DNA from: Mytilus trossulus
Lineage: Eukaryota
Direction of reading: 5' to 3'
DNA: 54,143 nt
NCBI RefSeq assembly: GCF_036588685.1
Contig: NC_086382.1
Location: forward strand, 50,143,235-50,197,377
The translations under genes and the position numbers were made by a program. The notes under the pieces are model-generated. The model saw nothing but the letters and a program-made list of their open reading frames with translations, did no database searches and was not told where the DNA came from. Positions 35,556-46,908 of the stretch are shown piece by piece (positions within the stretch are counted from its first letter, which is position 1; the number at the start of each line of letters is the position of its first letter).

Positions 35556-35708
35556 AGAGGTGTTACAGAATGTCGGTATGTAGCCACATCAGATGATGCC
35601 CTACATGTGTATACCTATTTACATACTGAACAAACTCGACCTCCATACAACATGGATATTATATACCAACCCTTGTCAAGAAAAATAGGTTCTACAAACT
35701 TTCAAAAG
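35556..35708 (+). CDS. PARP4: PARP4-like exon, phase 0 in and out
   Basis: Acceptor ttatttttcAG at 35554-35555. Translation RGVTECRYVATSDDALHVYTYLHTEQTRPPYNMDIIYQPLSRKIGSTNFQK. Donor AAAAG|GTAGGT at 35709. Similarity to PARP4 here is weak, so assignment rests on splice-site quality and phase continuity. Confidence 0.45.
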
Positions 35709-36309
35709 GTAGGTCGTATAAAAATTTGATAAAATATATAGAAATAAGAAGATGTGGTATGATAGTCCAGTCAAACTAAGATTTAACCTCAAACTAATTG
35801 CAACAAAAAATGTTTTAGTTCTAATCTATAGTAGTATGCCCCATAAAATCTAACTTCAGGAAAACTCAAAATCAGCATTTTTAATTTCCAATGGAAATTA
35901 ACATTGGAAGGGGAGATAACTCTTGCAAAAATGAGTCTTTTTTTTGGTCAGTTTTTGGTTGTTTTTCTTGAAATTTATGTAAAGTATGATACTTTGATGG
36001 GGTTATAAGTTTGTATTTGACTATATTATATAATCTCCTGCTCATGAAATGTACAAAATTGAAGTGTTATGGGTAGTTTTATTTTTTGTCGAGTCTTAGA
36101 CTTTAGTCGAAAAAGCGGGACTAAGCGATCCTACATTTCATCGTCGGCTTAGGCGGCGTCCACAAATATTCACTTTGTGGTTAAAGTTTTTGAAATTTTA
36201 ATAACTTTCTTAAACTACACTGGATTTCTACCAAACTTAGACAGAAGCTTGTTTATGATTATAAGATGGTATCCAGTAGTAAATTTTGTAAAAATAAAAT
36301 TCCATTTTT

Positions 36310-37140
36310 TTCGTATTTTACTTAAGGTCAAGGAACAGTAAATGGGCTATGTCGCAGATATTGCTAAAAAATTGCATACAACCTTGGCTCGTTGAACTAC
36401 AACTGAAAGTCGAAAAAATTATACATTTATCTCTTTTATTTTCTGAAAAATTGCAGATTGATTTCTCTTAATATGGGTGAACATTTGTATAGGAAGCACA
36501 TAAAATCGACGAAAAACCTTCTAAAATTTGTCTTTAAATCGCCAAATCTATAATTCTACTCCATAGATTTTTCTTAAAAAACTATATATTGTTGACACAT
36601 AAATTTCTGTTTTAATGATATAAAATAATCATAGGGTCACCGACTTCGTTTTTTGTCTAATAATCATTTTGCTACCTTATTGGTAGTGAAAAACGTCAAA
36701 AATCAACGTTTTACGGCCTGCAACGCGATAACGTTACGATTATTTCGACGTTTTGTTGGATTTTTTCACAAAGAACGCATCTTTGAATGATGTATACCGT
36801 AAAAACGAAGTCGGTGACCCTATCTTTATTTTGCATCATTATAACGGAAATTTATGTATCAACAACATATAGTTTTTTAAGAAAAATCTATGGAGTAGAA
36901 TTAGAGATTTGGCGATTTTAAGACAAATTTTAGAAGAGTTTTCGCCGATTTTATGTGCTTTCTATACAAATGTTCACCCATTTTGTAAGAATTCAATCAG
37001 TAATATTTCAAATGATAATTGAGATAAATGCATTTTTATTTCGATTTTCAGTTGAAGTTCATCGAGCCAGAGCTGTATGCCAAATTTTACTGAAATCTAT
37101 GACATAGCCCATTTACTGTAACTTGACCTTAAATGGACTT
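36310..37140. repeat. Near-perfect long palindrome: two arms of about 330 bp in inverted orientation around a 160-bp spacer
   Basis: 36310-36650 (gtcaaggaacagtaaatgggctatgtcgcagatattgc...aatcatagggtcaccgacttcgtttttt) is the reverse complement of 36810-37140 (aaaacgaagtcggtgaccctat...gacatagcccatttactgtaacttgacc). The spacer carries its own small inverted repeats (acgtcaaaaatcaacgttttacgg / ccgtaaaaacgaagtc). Confidence 0.85.
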
Positions 37141-37900
37141 AGTTTTTTCTGCGGGGAAACATAACATCCACTCTGTGGTTAAAGTTTTTAGAATTTTAAT
37201 AACTTTTTTAAACTATTCTGGGTTTGTACCAAACTTGGACAGAAGCTTGTTTATGATCATAAGATAGTATCGAGAAGTAAATTTTGTAAAAATGAAATTC
37301 CATTTTTTCCATATTTTACTTATAAATGGACTTAGTTTTTTCTTCGGGGAAACATAACATTCACTCTGTGGTTAAAGTTTTTAGAATTTTAACAACTTTT
37401 TTAAACTATCCTGGGTTTGTACCAAACTTGGACAGAAGCTTTTTTATGATCATAAGATAGTATTCAGAAGTAAATTTTGTTTAAAAAAAAAAAAAAAAAT
37501 CTCGTATTTTACCTTTAAATGGACTTAGTTTTTTCTGCGGGGAAACATAACATTCACTCTGTGGTTAAAGTTTTTAGAATTTTAATAACTTTTTTAAACT
37601 ATTCTGGGTTTGTACCAAACTTGGATAGAAGCTTATTTTTGAGCATGAGGTAGTATCTAGTAAATTTTGTAAAAAGATAACTCCATTTTTTCTGTTTGTT
37701 AATTTTTAAATGGACTTAGATTTTCTTCCAGTGAACATTACATACAGTCCGCAGTTGAATTTTCGAAACATTTATTAGATTCATTAACTATCCTAGATTT
37801 TTACCAAACTTGGACAGAAGCTTCTTACAATCATCAGATAGTATCAAGAGGAATATTTTTATTGATTTTTTTCCTCAGTTTTGTTGAGCCTGTGATTTAC
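37130..37900 (+). repeat. 190-bp tandem array, about 4 units. One further unit sits upstream of the palindrome at 36150-36330.
   Basis: The unit is aaatggacttagttttttctgcggggaaacataacattcactctgtggttaaagtttttagaattttaataacttttttaaactattctgggtttgtaccaaacttggacagaagcttgtttatgatcataagatagtat..agaagtaaattttgtaaaaa. The motif ggttaaagttttt is shared with the MITE at 51018-51300. Confidence 0.8.
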
Positions 37901-38988
37901 AGTAAAAGTAGGCGAGACACTGGTTCCGCGGAACCCTTACAAATTTTTTTCATGCATTTTTCATTAAAGAAATTTCAAATTTAAAGCTTTGTCAGCATTT
38001 TGAAAAAATAATGTGAAAATTTGGTATTGTTTATATCTGTATATGATATTTTTTTAACAACATAATTATCTAAAGAAAGTTTAAACCACAAAAAGAGGAA
38101 TACATGCTCAATTTTTTTTTAATTAAATTTGAGATTCTTAACCTTGACATGTTGAAAAATTCAATAAATGGTCAACTAATGAATTACGAAATCTAGATTA
38201 TAGCTTGATAAATTATATGAAAACACCTTTAGAGTTGTTTGTTATACTCTAAAGACTGCTAAAAAATCTAGAATCAATACATTCTGATGAATAGAAGCGG
38301 TAAAGTTATAATTTTGTATCAATTTTTATTGACATTTCTGCCTTTTTTGCAAGTTATCTCCCTTTTCAATGCAAATTTCCATAGGAAAATTTAAATGGTG
38401 ATTTTTTTAGTCTTCCTCAAGTTAGATTTTATGGGACTTTTTTCTGTGTATATTTGGGGTTTTAATGCTTAAGATTAAAACTTAAAAATCTTCTGTTGCA
38501 ATTACTTTCAGGTTAGGGTCAAATTTATACTAGATTGATTGCTAATGACATTGAAGTTAACAACTATAGCCTATAGGTCACTGTTAAGGTTTTCTTGAAT
38601 GAGCAAAACCCATACTGTATAGTCAAGGCCTTGAAATTACCATTGTAAAGCAATTGTAACAAGAAACCTATGGCCTGATTTATGTACAAAACAATGCACA
38701 AAAAACTGATATGCAGCAGTAAACAACAACCACTGATTACTTGGGACCAGCACTTACAGAATGTGGTGGGGTTAAACTATAGTTTGCTGGTGTCAATACA
38801 AATTTATATAATCATTAGAAGTTACAACCTATGCTTAAACTTAATTGATTTAGCATGTCAATTACCCCTGCTACTATGAGCCTGAATATTGAGAACCAGA
38901 CTAAATATTTTCTGCAATTGGGTGAATTTATTGCTTAGTTTGCCTATTCTTAAAAGCAAATTTAAGTGAGGTAAAAAATGTTTTTCAG

Positions 38989-39126
38989 ATGGTAGAAATT
39001 TATGGTATGGACAGTCGTCCCTTGTCACCATCAACTGTAGAGTTAATTGAACATATTTGGAAAGAGGCTACAGGTGAAATAGAACAGGTGATAAGTGTAC
39101 CATTACAGAGCATCAAGTTAGAACAG
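38989..39126 (+). CDS. PARP4: PARP4-like exon: PARP regulatory/helical domain part, phase 0
   Basis: Acceptor tgtttttcAG at 38987-38988. Translation MVEIYGMDSRPLSPSTVELIEHIWKEATGEIEQVISVPLQSIKLEQ aligns to my recollected human ..LSQEVSDLVEMIWAEALGHLEHMLLKPVNRISLNDV. Donor CAG|GTATGC at 39127. Confidence 0.65.
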
Positions 39127-39843
39127 GTATGCACACTTTTTTTTTATTAAAAAAATATAATTAGAATACAAACTGGAATAATTTACATAACTTTTACCTT
39201 TGAAAACCAATTATATACAATGTTATACAATAAGTATTTGTCACCAACGATCTTTACAATCTTTACTAAATATTTCTAACAATAACAAACAGTATTTTGA
39301 ACAACACAGCTATTTTATATTTTATAATTATATTTGTTTATATCTATTTATGAATTGTTATCAGTTGTCTTTGTTTTTTTCCTGAAGTGAACATTTAGTT
39401 TGGTTGAAATTAATGGCAACGTTCCAGACAAAAATGAAATGAGAAAGCATCATAATAAAATTATAACCAAAGTTGTTAGTTCAAACCCTGCTTGTCAATA
39501 CTGTAAATTCAGAAATTATTGTGTGCATTTATTATTGCAATTTGGTCACTTTAGACTTCCATGCGATTTTAATCTTTATGATTTTGGGAAAAAATCCTGT
39601 TTAATTCATATAAAATATTTTTAAAATGTGAGTTTAAATTATTGCGGTTACAACAATTAAATAAGCATTTTTCTCAACATTAAAAACCTCGAAATAGTTT
39701 CTGAATGTACTGTAGTTAAGGGTCTTTAAGTGGCATTTATCACAAGCATACCAGAAAATGAGTTGTACAGTATTTGAATGTAATGCAAATGTTGATCTGA
39801 TAAAAATATGTAATACAATATTTTCTTTTGACATATATTATAG

Positions 39844-40011
39844 ATAGAGAAAGCAGAAGCTATTCTGTTGATGATAAAGGATTGTAAGGATGACTCAAGA
39901 GTAGTAAAATTGTTTGAAGAATTTTATGAAGCATTACCACACAAAAACAAAAATCAACCTGTCAGTTCACAGAGGAGATCATGGCTATCAAAGAAACAAG
40001 ATATATGTCAG
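39844..40011 (+). CDS. PARP4: PARP4-like exon: helical domain, phase 0
   Basis: Acceptor tatattatAG at 39842-39843. Translation IEKAEAILLMIKDCKDDSRVVKLFEEFYEALPHKNKNQPVSSQRRSWLSKKQDICQ aligns to my recollected human SKAEGILLLVKAALKNGETAEQLQKMMTEFYRLIPHKG...LLAKKADLCQ. Donor CAG|GTAATA at 40012. Confidence 0.7.
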
Positions 40012-40429
40012 GTAATATGCTTGATCCATTTCAATTACCAGAAATACTCTTTTAACTGACTTCTGACTTCTGACTTCTGATGCAACTTTTAATGGGTAAA
40101 GTGCATCCCTGAATATTTGAACAGATGAAGTAATTGTGATTGCTTGACATTTTTTCAAACACCGGTCTTTATTTTCATGAACATAATCAAAACCTGCCTA
40201 TAGAAATATATTAAATTTTATCATTTAAAAACAGTTATCAAAGCAGTCACATATAATTTATCACCATTAGAATATTCATCCCTTAGCTCAACGCACTGAC
40301 ATAAACTTTATGTCAAGCAAACCTATTATTGACTTCAAATTATGTCACATAAAACCAAACACTTCCACAGAAAAGAGTCTTGTAAGTTAATATTCATACC
40401 AAAAATCTTTCTTCACTCATTTTCCATTA

Positions 40430-43400
40430 CAATTAGTGACCTTCATTATACCCCACACAACGGGTTGCGGAGGATATAATGTTTTTGACCCGTCCATCCT
40501 GAAGTCCGTCTGTCAGTCCGTCAGTCAGTCCTGTTTCTTGTCATCGCAATTCCTCTCAAACCACACAACAGAATTTCACGAAACCTTTTCAGATCATAAG
40601 GACATACTATGTAGTTGTGCATATCAACCGAAAATTGCGATTCAATTTTTTTTCTAGGAGTTACACTCTTTTGAACTTATTTACTTTAATGTACTGCTGC
40701 AACAGTTTGTCATCGCAACTCCTCTCAAACCACACAACAGAATTTCACGAAACCTTTTCAGATCATAAGGACATACTATGTAGTTGTGCATATGGACGGG
40801 AAATTGCGATTTAATTTTTTCTAGGAGTTATGCCCCTTTGAACTTATTTACTTTAATGTACTACTGCAACAGTTTGTCATCACAACTCCTCTCAAACCAC
40901 ACAACAGAATTTCACGAAACCTTTTCAGATAATAAGGACATACTATGCAGTTGTGCATATCAACGGGAAATTGCGATTCAATTTTTAGCTCACTTGGCCC
41001 TTCGTTCGGGCCAAGTGAGCTTTTCCCATCACTTTGCGTCTGGCGTCCGTCGTCGTCCGTCGTCTGTCGTCCGTCGTCTGTCGTCCGTCGTCGTTGTTAA
41101 CTTTTACAAAAATCTTCTACTCTGAAACTACTGGGCCAAATCAAACCAAACTTGGCCACAATCATCATTGGGGTATCTAGTTTAAAAAATGTGTGGCGTG
41201 ACCCGGTCAACCAACCAAGATGGCCGCCACGGCTAAAAATAGAACATAGGGGTAAAATGCAGTTTTTGGCTTATAACTCAAAAACCAAAGCATTTAGAGC
41301 AAATCTGACATGGGGTAAAAATGTTTATCAGGTCAAGATCTATCTGCCCTGGAATTTTCAGATCAATCGGCCAATCGGTTGTTGGGTTGCTGCCCCTGAA
41401 TTGGTAATTTTGAAGAAATTTTGCTGTTTTTGGTTATTATCTTGAATATGATTATAGTTAGAGATAAACTGTAAACAGCAATAATGTTCAGCAAAGTAAG
41501 ATCTACAAATAAGTCAACATGGCCAAAATGGTCAGTTGACCCGTTTAGGAGTTATTGCCCTTTATAGTCAATTTTTAACCATTTTTAGTTAATTAAAGTA
41601 ATCTTTTACAAAAATCTTCTCCTCTGAAACTGCTTGGCCAAATTAATCCAAACTTGGCCACAATCATCTTTGGGGTATCTAGTTTAAAAATGTGTGGCGT
41701 GACCTGGTCAACCAACCAAGATGGCCGCCACGGCTAAAAATAGAACAAAGGGGTAAAATGCAGTTTTTGGCTTATAACTCAAAAACCAAAGCATTTTGAG
41801 GAAATCTGACATGAGATAAAAATGTTTATCAGGTCAAGATCTATCTGCCTGAAAATTTTCAGATGAATCGGTCAATCGGTTGTTGGGTTGCTGCCCCTGA
41901 ATTGGTAATTTTGAGGAAATTTTGCTGTTTTTGGTTATTATCTTGAATATTATTATAGATAGAGATAAACTGTAAACAGCAATAATGTTCAGCAAAGTAA
42001 GATCTACAAATAAGTCAACATGACCAAAATGGTCAGTTGACCCGTTTAGGAGTTATTGCCCTTTATAGTCAATTTTTAACCATTTTTCGTAAATTAAAGT
42101 AATCTTTTACAAAAATCTTCTCCTCTGAAACTACTTGGCCAAATTAATCCAAACTTGGCCACAATCATCTTTGGGGTATCTAGTTTAAAAAATGTGTGGC
42201 GTGACCTGGTCAACCAACCAAGATGGCCGCCACCGCTAAAAATAGAACATAGGGGTAAAATGCAGTTTTTGGCTTATAACTCAAAAACCAAAGCATTTTG
42301 AGGAAATCTGACATGGGATAAAAATGTTTATCAGGTCAAGAACTATCTGCCCTGAAATTTTCAGATGAATCGGTCAATCGGTCAATCGGTTGTTGCCCCT
42401 GAATTGGTAATTTTGAGGAAATTTTGCTGTTTTTGGTTATTATCTTGAATATTATTATAGATAGAGATAAATTGTAAACAGCAATAATGTTCAGCAAAGT
42501 AAGATCTACAAATAAGTCAACATGATCAAAATGGTCAGTTGACCCCTTTAGGAGTTATTGCCCTTTATAGTCAATCTTTAACCATTTTTCATAAATCTAA
42601 GTAATCTTTTACAAAATCTCCACTGAAACTACTAGGCCACAATCATCTTTGGGGTATCTAGTTTGAAAAATGTGTCCGATGACCTGGCCATTCAACCAAG
42701 ATGGCCGCCACGGCTAAAAATAGAACATAGGGGTAAAATGCAGTTTTTTGCTTATAACTATGAAACCAAAGCATCTAGAGCAAATCTGACAAGAAGTTAA
42801 ATTGTTAATCAAGTCAATATCTATCTGCCCTGAATTTTTCAGATGAATTGGACAACTGGTTGTTGGGTTGCTGCCCTCCAATTGATAATTTTTAAAGAAA
42901 TTTTGCCGTTTTTGGTTATCTTGAATACTATTATAGATAGCGATAAACTGTAAACAGCAATAATGTTCAGCAAAGTAAGATCTACAAATAAGTCAACATG
43001 ACCTAAATGGTCAATTGACCCCTTAAGGAGTTATTGCCCTTTATAGTCAATTTTTAACAATTTTCATTAATTTGGTAAATTTATGTAAATTTTTACCAAA
43101 TATAGTTCTCTGTTACTAATGGGCAAAGTTCATGATAGATATAATTGTAAGAAGCAAAATCGTTCAGTAAAGTAAGAACTTCAAACACATCACCATCACC
43201 AAAATACAATTTTTTCATGAATCCATTTGTGTCCTTTGTTTAATATGCACATAGACCAAGGTGAGCGACACAGGCTCTTTAGAGCCTCTAGTTTTTCTAG
43301 GAGTTACGCCCCTTTGAACTTATTTACTTTAATGTACTACTGCAACATTTTGTCATCTTAACTCCTCTCAAACCACACAACAGAATTTCACGAATCCTTT

Positions 43401-43460
43401 TCAGATAATAAGGACATACTATGCAGATGTGCATATTGACAGGAAATTATGATGCAATTT
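40430..43460 (+). mobile_element. Composite non-autonomous element of about 3 kb in a PARP4 intron. It comprises terminal direct repeats of about 170 bp (3 copies at 40540-41000, 1 copy at 43300-43460), a 14-bp-stem hairpin (40987-41021), a (TCCGTCG)n GC-rich tract (41035-41095), an internal 4 x 480 bp satellite (41100-43060) and a 240-bp tail.
   Basis: Terminal unit: ..tcctctcaaaccacacaacagaatttcacgaaaccttttcagatcataaggacatactatgtagttgtgcatat.aacgggaaattgcgattcaattttt. Hairpin: agctcacttggccc ttcgttc gggccaagtgagct. 480-bp unit: taatcttttacaaaaatcttctcctctgaaactacttggccaaat...ccaagatggccgccacggctaaaaatagaac...ccctttatagtcaatttttaacc. The ORF-track proteins in this interval (40436.., 40617.., 40784.., 41152..) are repeat artefacts. 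Confidence 0.7.
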
Positions 43461-43718
43461 TTTTTTCTTACACATATTTTATTTCTCCAATGACAATGTG
43501 GGGACGTGGTGTATGTGAGTGTGCTCACTAAGGTTCTATAACTGTTCATGTATATAGTGATGACAGGACAAAATTAGATCGTAACACATTTTTAAGTCTA
43601 AAAGTAAGGAAGTGCTCTATTTCAAAATTAGAGTGTTTCTTTCTTATCATTTCCCTGACTTAAAATATTTGTGTATGTTTTTGACATGATGTATGTATTT
43701 TAATATTATGTATTTCAG

Positions 43719-43870
43719 ATGATTAAAGATATGGTGGCTGTGAGTGAGTCTACAAACTGGTCGACTAGAAGTAGTACAGAGGCCAAGTATAAAGCATTAC
43801 GATGTAGACTGGATGGTTTAGAGATTACAGATACAGAATATAAACAGATCAAGGAGCACATTATACAGTC
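43719..43870 (+). CDS. PARP4: PARP4-like exon: helical domain end, phase 0 in to phase 2 out, with the weak donor ACA|GTTTGT
   Basis: Acceptor tgtatttcAG at 43717-43718. Translation MIKDMVAVSESTNWSTRSSTEAKYKALRCRLDGLEITDTEYKQIKEHIIQSLK aligns to my recollected human IRDMVNVCETNLSKPNPPSLAKYRALRCKIEHVEQNTEEFLRVRKEVLQ. Only this donor position gives an open frame into the next exon. Confidence 0.55.
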
Positions 43871-44489
43871 TCTAAAACAGTTTGTATTTTCAATACAATA
43901 CATATACATTATTTTGTTGTTGTTGATGATTCATTAACATTTAATGTATTTGTATATATCAATGGTAAACCATGAAATTTGGGTGCAACAAATACTTAGT
44001 TTTGACATTGTCATATTTATAATTAAGAACATATCTAGAATCAAGAATCTTATTAATTAGGTCTTACTGAAATCATCATGATTGGGTCAAAACAATTCAA
44101 TTTTTCCAAGGTTGTTTATAATTTTAGATAACAGCTGATTACAGGAGATTAATAGGTAATAACAGATAAGATAAATGTTTATACCAATGTCTGGATTGTC
44201 ACACTGAAAAGGATTCAATGTCACCTATAGATTCTTGGGTTATTGTGTTTTTGGATGCTGATATTTAATCCAAATCTTAAAAAGATAACATATTGAAATC
44301 ATTGGATTTAATACTTGTAGTATAAACAAATTTTCTGCTTCCAGTAAATTCTCAATGGATTGTTTTTTGTTTTCTTATTTTTTAGGCGGTAGTATATAGC
44401 TATTAAGTTTATTGCTGGTGAATTCAGGATTTACAACCGTAAGTAAAATATGATGAAGATTTTGATTTCCTTCCCCTTTTTTATTTCAG

Positions 44490-44630
44490 AGGAAGCCCTG
44501 AGATCAACATTAGTAATGTTTTCTGTGTTCATCGACAAGTAGAAGAAGACAATTTTAGGAAAGACTTGAGACCTCAGAAATTGTTGTTTCATGCATCAAA
44601 AGTACAGAACTTTGTAGGAATATTATCAAG
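44490..44630 (+). CDS. PARP4: PARP4-like exon: start of PARP catalytic domain containing the His of the H-Y-E triad, phase 2 in and out
   Basis: CA+A gives Gln. Translation GSPEINISNVFCVHRQVEEDNFRKDLRPQKLLFHASKVQNFVGILS aligns to my recollected human ..SKSPVDVLQIFRVGRVNETTEFLSKLGNVRPLLHGSPVQNIVGILC. Acceptor ttttatttcAG at 44488-44489, donor AAG|GTAAAAAG at 44631. Confidence 0.7.
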
Positions 44631-45221
44631 GTAAAAAGTTTTAATTTAATTAGAAATGGCCAAACAAATAGGACCATAGTAGAATCTGAATGTATTGTTG
44701 AAGAGTTCGTGTCTTTCATTATCTGAATATTATAATTCATTAGTTTCTAGGTGATTTTTATGAACCATATCACCAAATCTTTGGAAAACTTTTACACAAT
44801 ATGATGGATGACTAAATATAAACCAGGTTCATTTGCAGATTTATCCATTCAAGGGTTATACTTTGTTTCCTATGAATCTTTACAACTTCAGTTGTAGACA
44901 TCCTGTTTCAGGGCCAAAATTCTTTAGAAAATATAACAGAGAATTGAAAGGCAATGTTTTAAAGATCAACCACACAGAATATTTTGGGAGAAAAAAATGC
45001 AACTGTATAACTATTGTGAAAACTGATTTGAACCCCATCTCTGTGTTATTATATGCAGTGCCTTTCAACAACCAATCTTTTTTTTCGGATATAGCCAATC
45101 CTCTTTTTTTTTTTAATGGATAAATAAAATTAAATCAGAAATAATATTTGTAGATTATACATATATGAAAAAAAAACCATGATATGACAAAATGGACGTA
45201 AGTGCTTACCACAATTGGACG

Positions 45222-45392
45222 TTTCAGAATCTAAAGCATCATGGGTAATTTCATTGTGCGTACCCCAAAAGGAAAATAAGTTCATTTCATTGGTTGAATT
45301 TCCATTGTTTATGACATTTTCAACCAATCAGAACGTTTTGGTGTACACTTTTGAAAATATTACCCAGGATGCATTAGATTCTGAAACAGCAA
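45222..45392. mobile_element. MITE of about 170 bp with 16-bp TIRs GTTTCAGAATCTAAAG / CATTAGATTCTGAAAC. A second copy at 49788-49962 directly abuts the donor of the VIT exon.
   Basis: Copy 1: gtttcagaatctaaagcatcatgggtaatttcattgtgcgtacccc...tacccaggatgcattagattctgaaac. Copy 2: ctgtttcagaatctaaaggactatgggtaactcaattgtttgtaccc...tacccagaatgcattagattcttaaacag. Confidence 0.7.
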
Positions 45393-45426
45393 ATATCTTT
45401 CAATAAGTATAAATCTTTCTTTTTAG

Positions 45427-45525
45427 GGGTTTACTTTTGCCTAAAATAATTGTTGATGATTTTGGCGGAACAAGAACAGATGCAGGAATGCTGGGAAATG
45501 GTGTCTACTTTGCCAGCTCTGCGAG
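45427..45525 (+). CDS. PARP4: PARP4-like exon: catalytic domain containing the Tyr of the triad, phase 2 in and out
   Basis: AG+G gives Arg. Translation RGLLLPKIIVDDFGGTRTDAGMLGNGVYFASSA aligns to my recollected human RGLLLPKVVEDRGVQRTDVGNLGSGIYFSDSLS. Acceptor ctttttAG at 45425-45426, donor GAG|GTATGT at 45526. Confidence 0.75.
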
Positions 45526-45933
45526 GTATGTAGAGGTCGCAAGAACTCAAATAAAATTCTGCAAAACAGAATGGACTTTCTTTACAAGAATTTGATCTTT
45601 GTCATATAGTGTTGACTTCAGTGGTCAAGTTTTTTTTTAATGTAAGATATTTGCATGACAATGTGATTTTATTTTAATTTCAATTATTTAAATGAGTATA
45701 ACGTGTAACTGAAAAATTTTCATTTATCTTGGGATAAGATTCAAGGTTATATGAAGTGCCATACCTGTCAACCTCTGAAAATGAAAAGTCAGGTCATGAC
45801 CTGCATTGAGAAAAAAAATCTCAGGTCATAACGCGTACGACATTTTGCGGGCTCAATTGAAGAACAAAAATATGTTTACATATAATTTATATAGTCAATA
45901 TGTATATAAAACAGTTAGAACATGTATACAAGT

Positions 45934-46437
45934 TTATTTCAGACTATTGTTATATTCCATAGTAGCAGACTTGGCATTCTTTAAAAGAACTGCACTTGGT
46001 TTCAGTTCATAGCAATGCAAATGTGTATTCATTTTACAAGAAAGAAGAGCACACAGTGTATCCTTATTAAGATCAGCCCTAAACTCTGTAGCTATTTTCT
46101 TTACTAAAGAAAATGCCCTCTCACTGTCTGCATTGCTGTTTGGCAAAACCAGTAATGTTTTAGCAAGTTTTGACAAAACAAAAAATCTTGGCTTGTTAAG
46201 AAAAATGTCATGCAACTTGGACATTTCTCCCCAAAATGTACCAATGTCAGTTTCAGGGGAAGTGCAAAGTGGAAGTTCATCTAATGGGGTCAACTGATAG
46301 TCACTGAACTCATCTTGTAGCTTGTTGAAAATATCGTTACGTAGCTCAGGTAAACAAGTCCTACATTTTGACTTTTGATTACATTGAAAAAGACCGATAA
46401 AACCGAAGGTCGTATTACTTCTAAATACCGGAAACAA
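45934..46437 (-). mobile_element. hAT-superfamily transposase remnant (C-terminal hATC dimerisation region), internally deleted. The adjacent subterminal ACGGGTG repeats at 46440-46560 are discussed under findings.
   Basis: The 167-aa ORF ..LPELRNDIFNKLQDEFSDYQL..FWGEMSK..LAKTLLVLPNSNADSERAFSLVKKIATEFRADLNKDTLCALLSCKMN carries the diagnostic hATC signature (..NADSERAFS..R..L....L..LL). The N-terminal DDE part is absent. Confidence 0.65.
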
Positions 46438-46724
46438 TTCCGGTCAGAAATCCGGGTGAAACGGGTAATGTTAGAAATTCCCGGGACCCGCCGGGTTAAG
46501 AAAAACTCCCGGGTGAGAGGTGAAAATAACGGGTGTCACCCGCAAAAAACGGGTGATTTGACAGGTATGAAGTGCTGGTAATTCAAATTTGCATAATTCC
46601 GGACATTTTAGTACGTCAGCTCTTTATATTTTGTGTACTAAAATGTTAACAAGATATACAATTGAAAAAAGTACTAAAACAATGTAAGATTCAAAACATA
46701 ATATGATTTATTTTTATCTGACAG

Positions 46725-46908
46725 TACTAGTATACAATACTCAGACCAAAGTAAATGTAAGGGAACCAGAATGATGCTAGTCAGTAATGTTGCCCTTGGC
46801 AACTGTAAAGATTTCACTGAATACCACAAAGATCTACAGGGGCCTCCAGAGGGGTATGAAAGCTGTCATGGTGTAGCGTCATCAGAAGATCAACCTTCAG
46901 AATTCAAG
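46725..46908 (+). CDS. PARP4: PARP4-like exon: catalytic domain, phase 2 in to phase 0 out
   Basis: AG+T gives Ser. Translation STSIQYSDQSKCKGTRMMLVSNVALGNCKDFTEYHKDLQGPPEGYESCHGVASSEDQPSEFK aligns to my recollected human STSIKYSHPGETDGTRLLLICDVALGKCMDLHEKDFSLTEAPPGYDSVHGVSQTASVTTDFE. Acceptor tctgacAG at 46723-46724, donor AAG|GTACAC at 46909. Confidence 0.75.

Noticed and set aside
40436-41445. ORF-track proteins 40436.., 40617.., 40784..41125 (113 aa) and 41152..41445 (97 aa)
   Set aside because: They lie entirely within the tandem 170-bp terminal repeats, the TCCGTCG tract and the 480-bp satellite of the composite element. The near-identical peptide repetition (SSQLLSNHTTEFHETFSDHKDILCSCAY x3) is a tandem-repeat artefact.
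43872-43937. Extending PARP4 exon F to the in-frame stop (..KQFVFSIQYIYIILLLLMIH*) or using donor TTT|GTATTT at 43875
   Set aside because: The extension terminates the protein before the catalytic domain. The 43875 donor leaves phase 0, and the only acceptor at 44488-44489 then reads agg aag ccc TGA. Only the ACA|GT donor at 43871 gives an open, homologous continuation (Q-GSPEINISNVF...).
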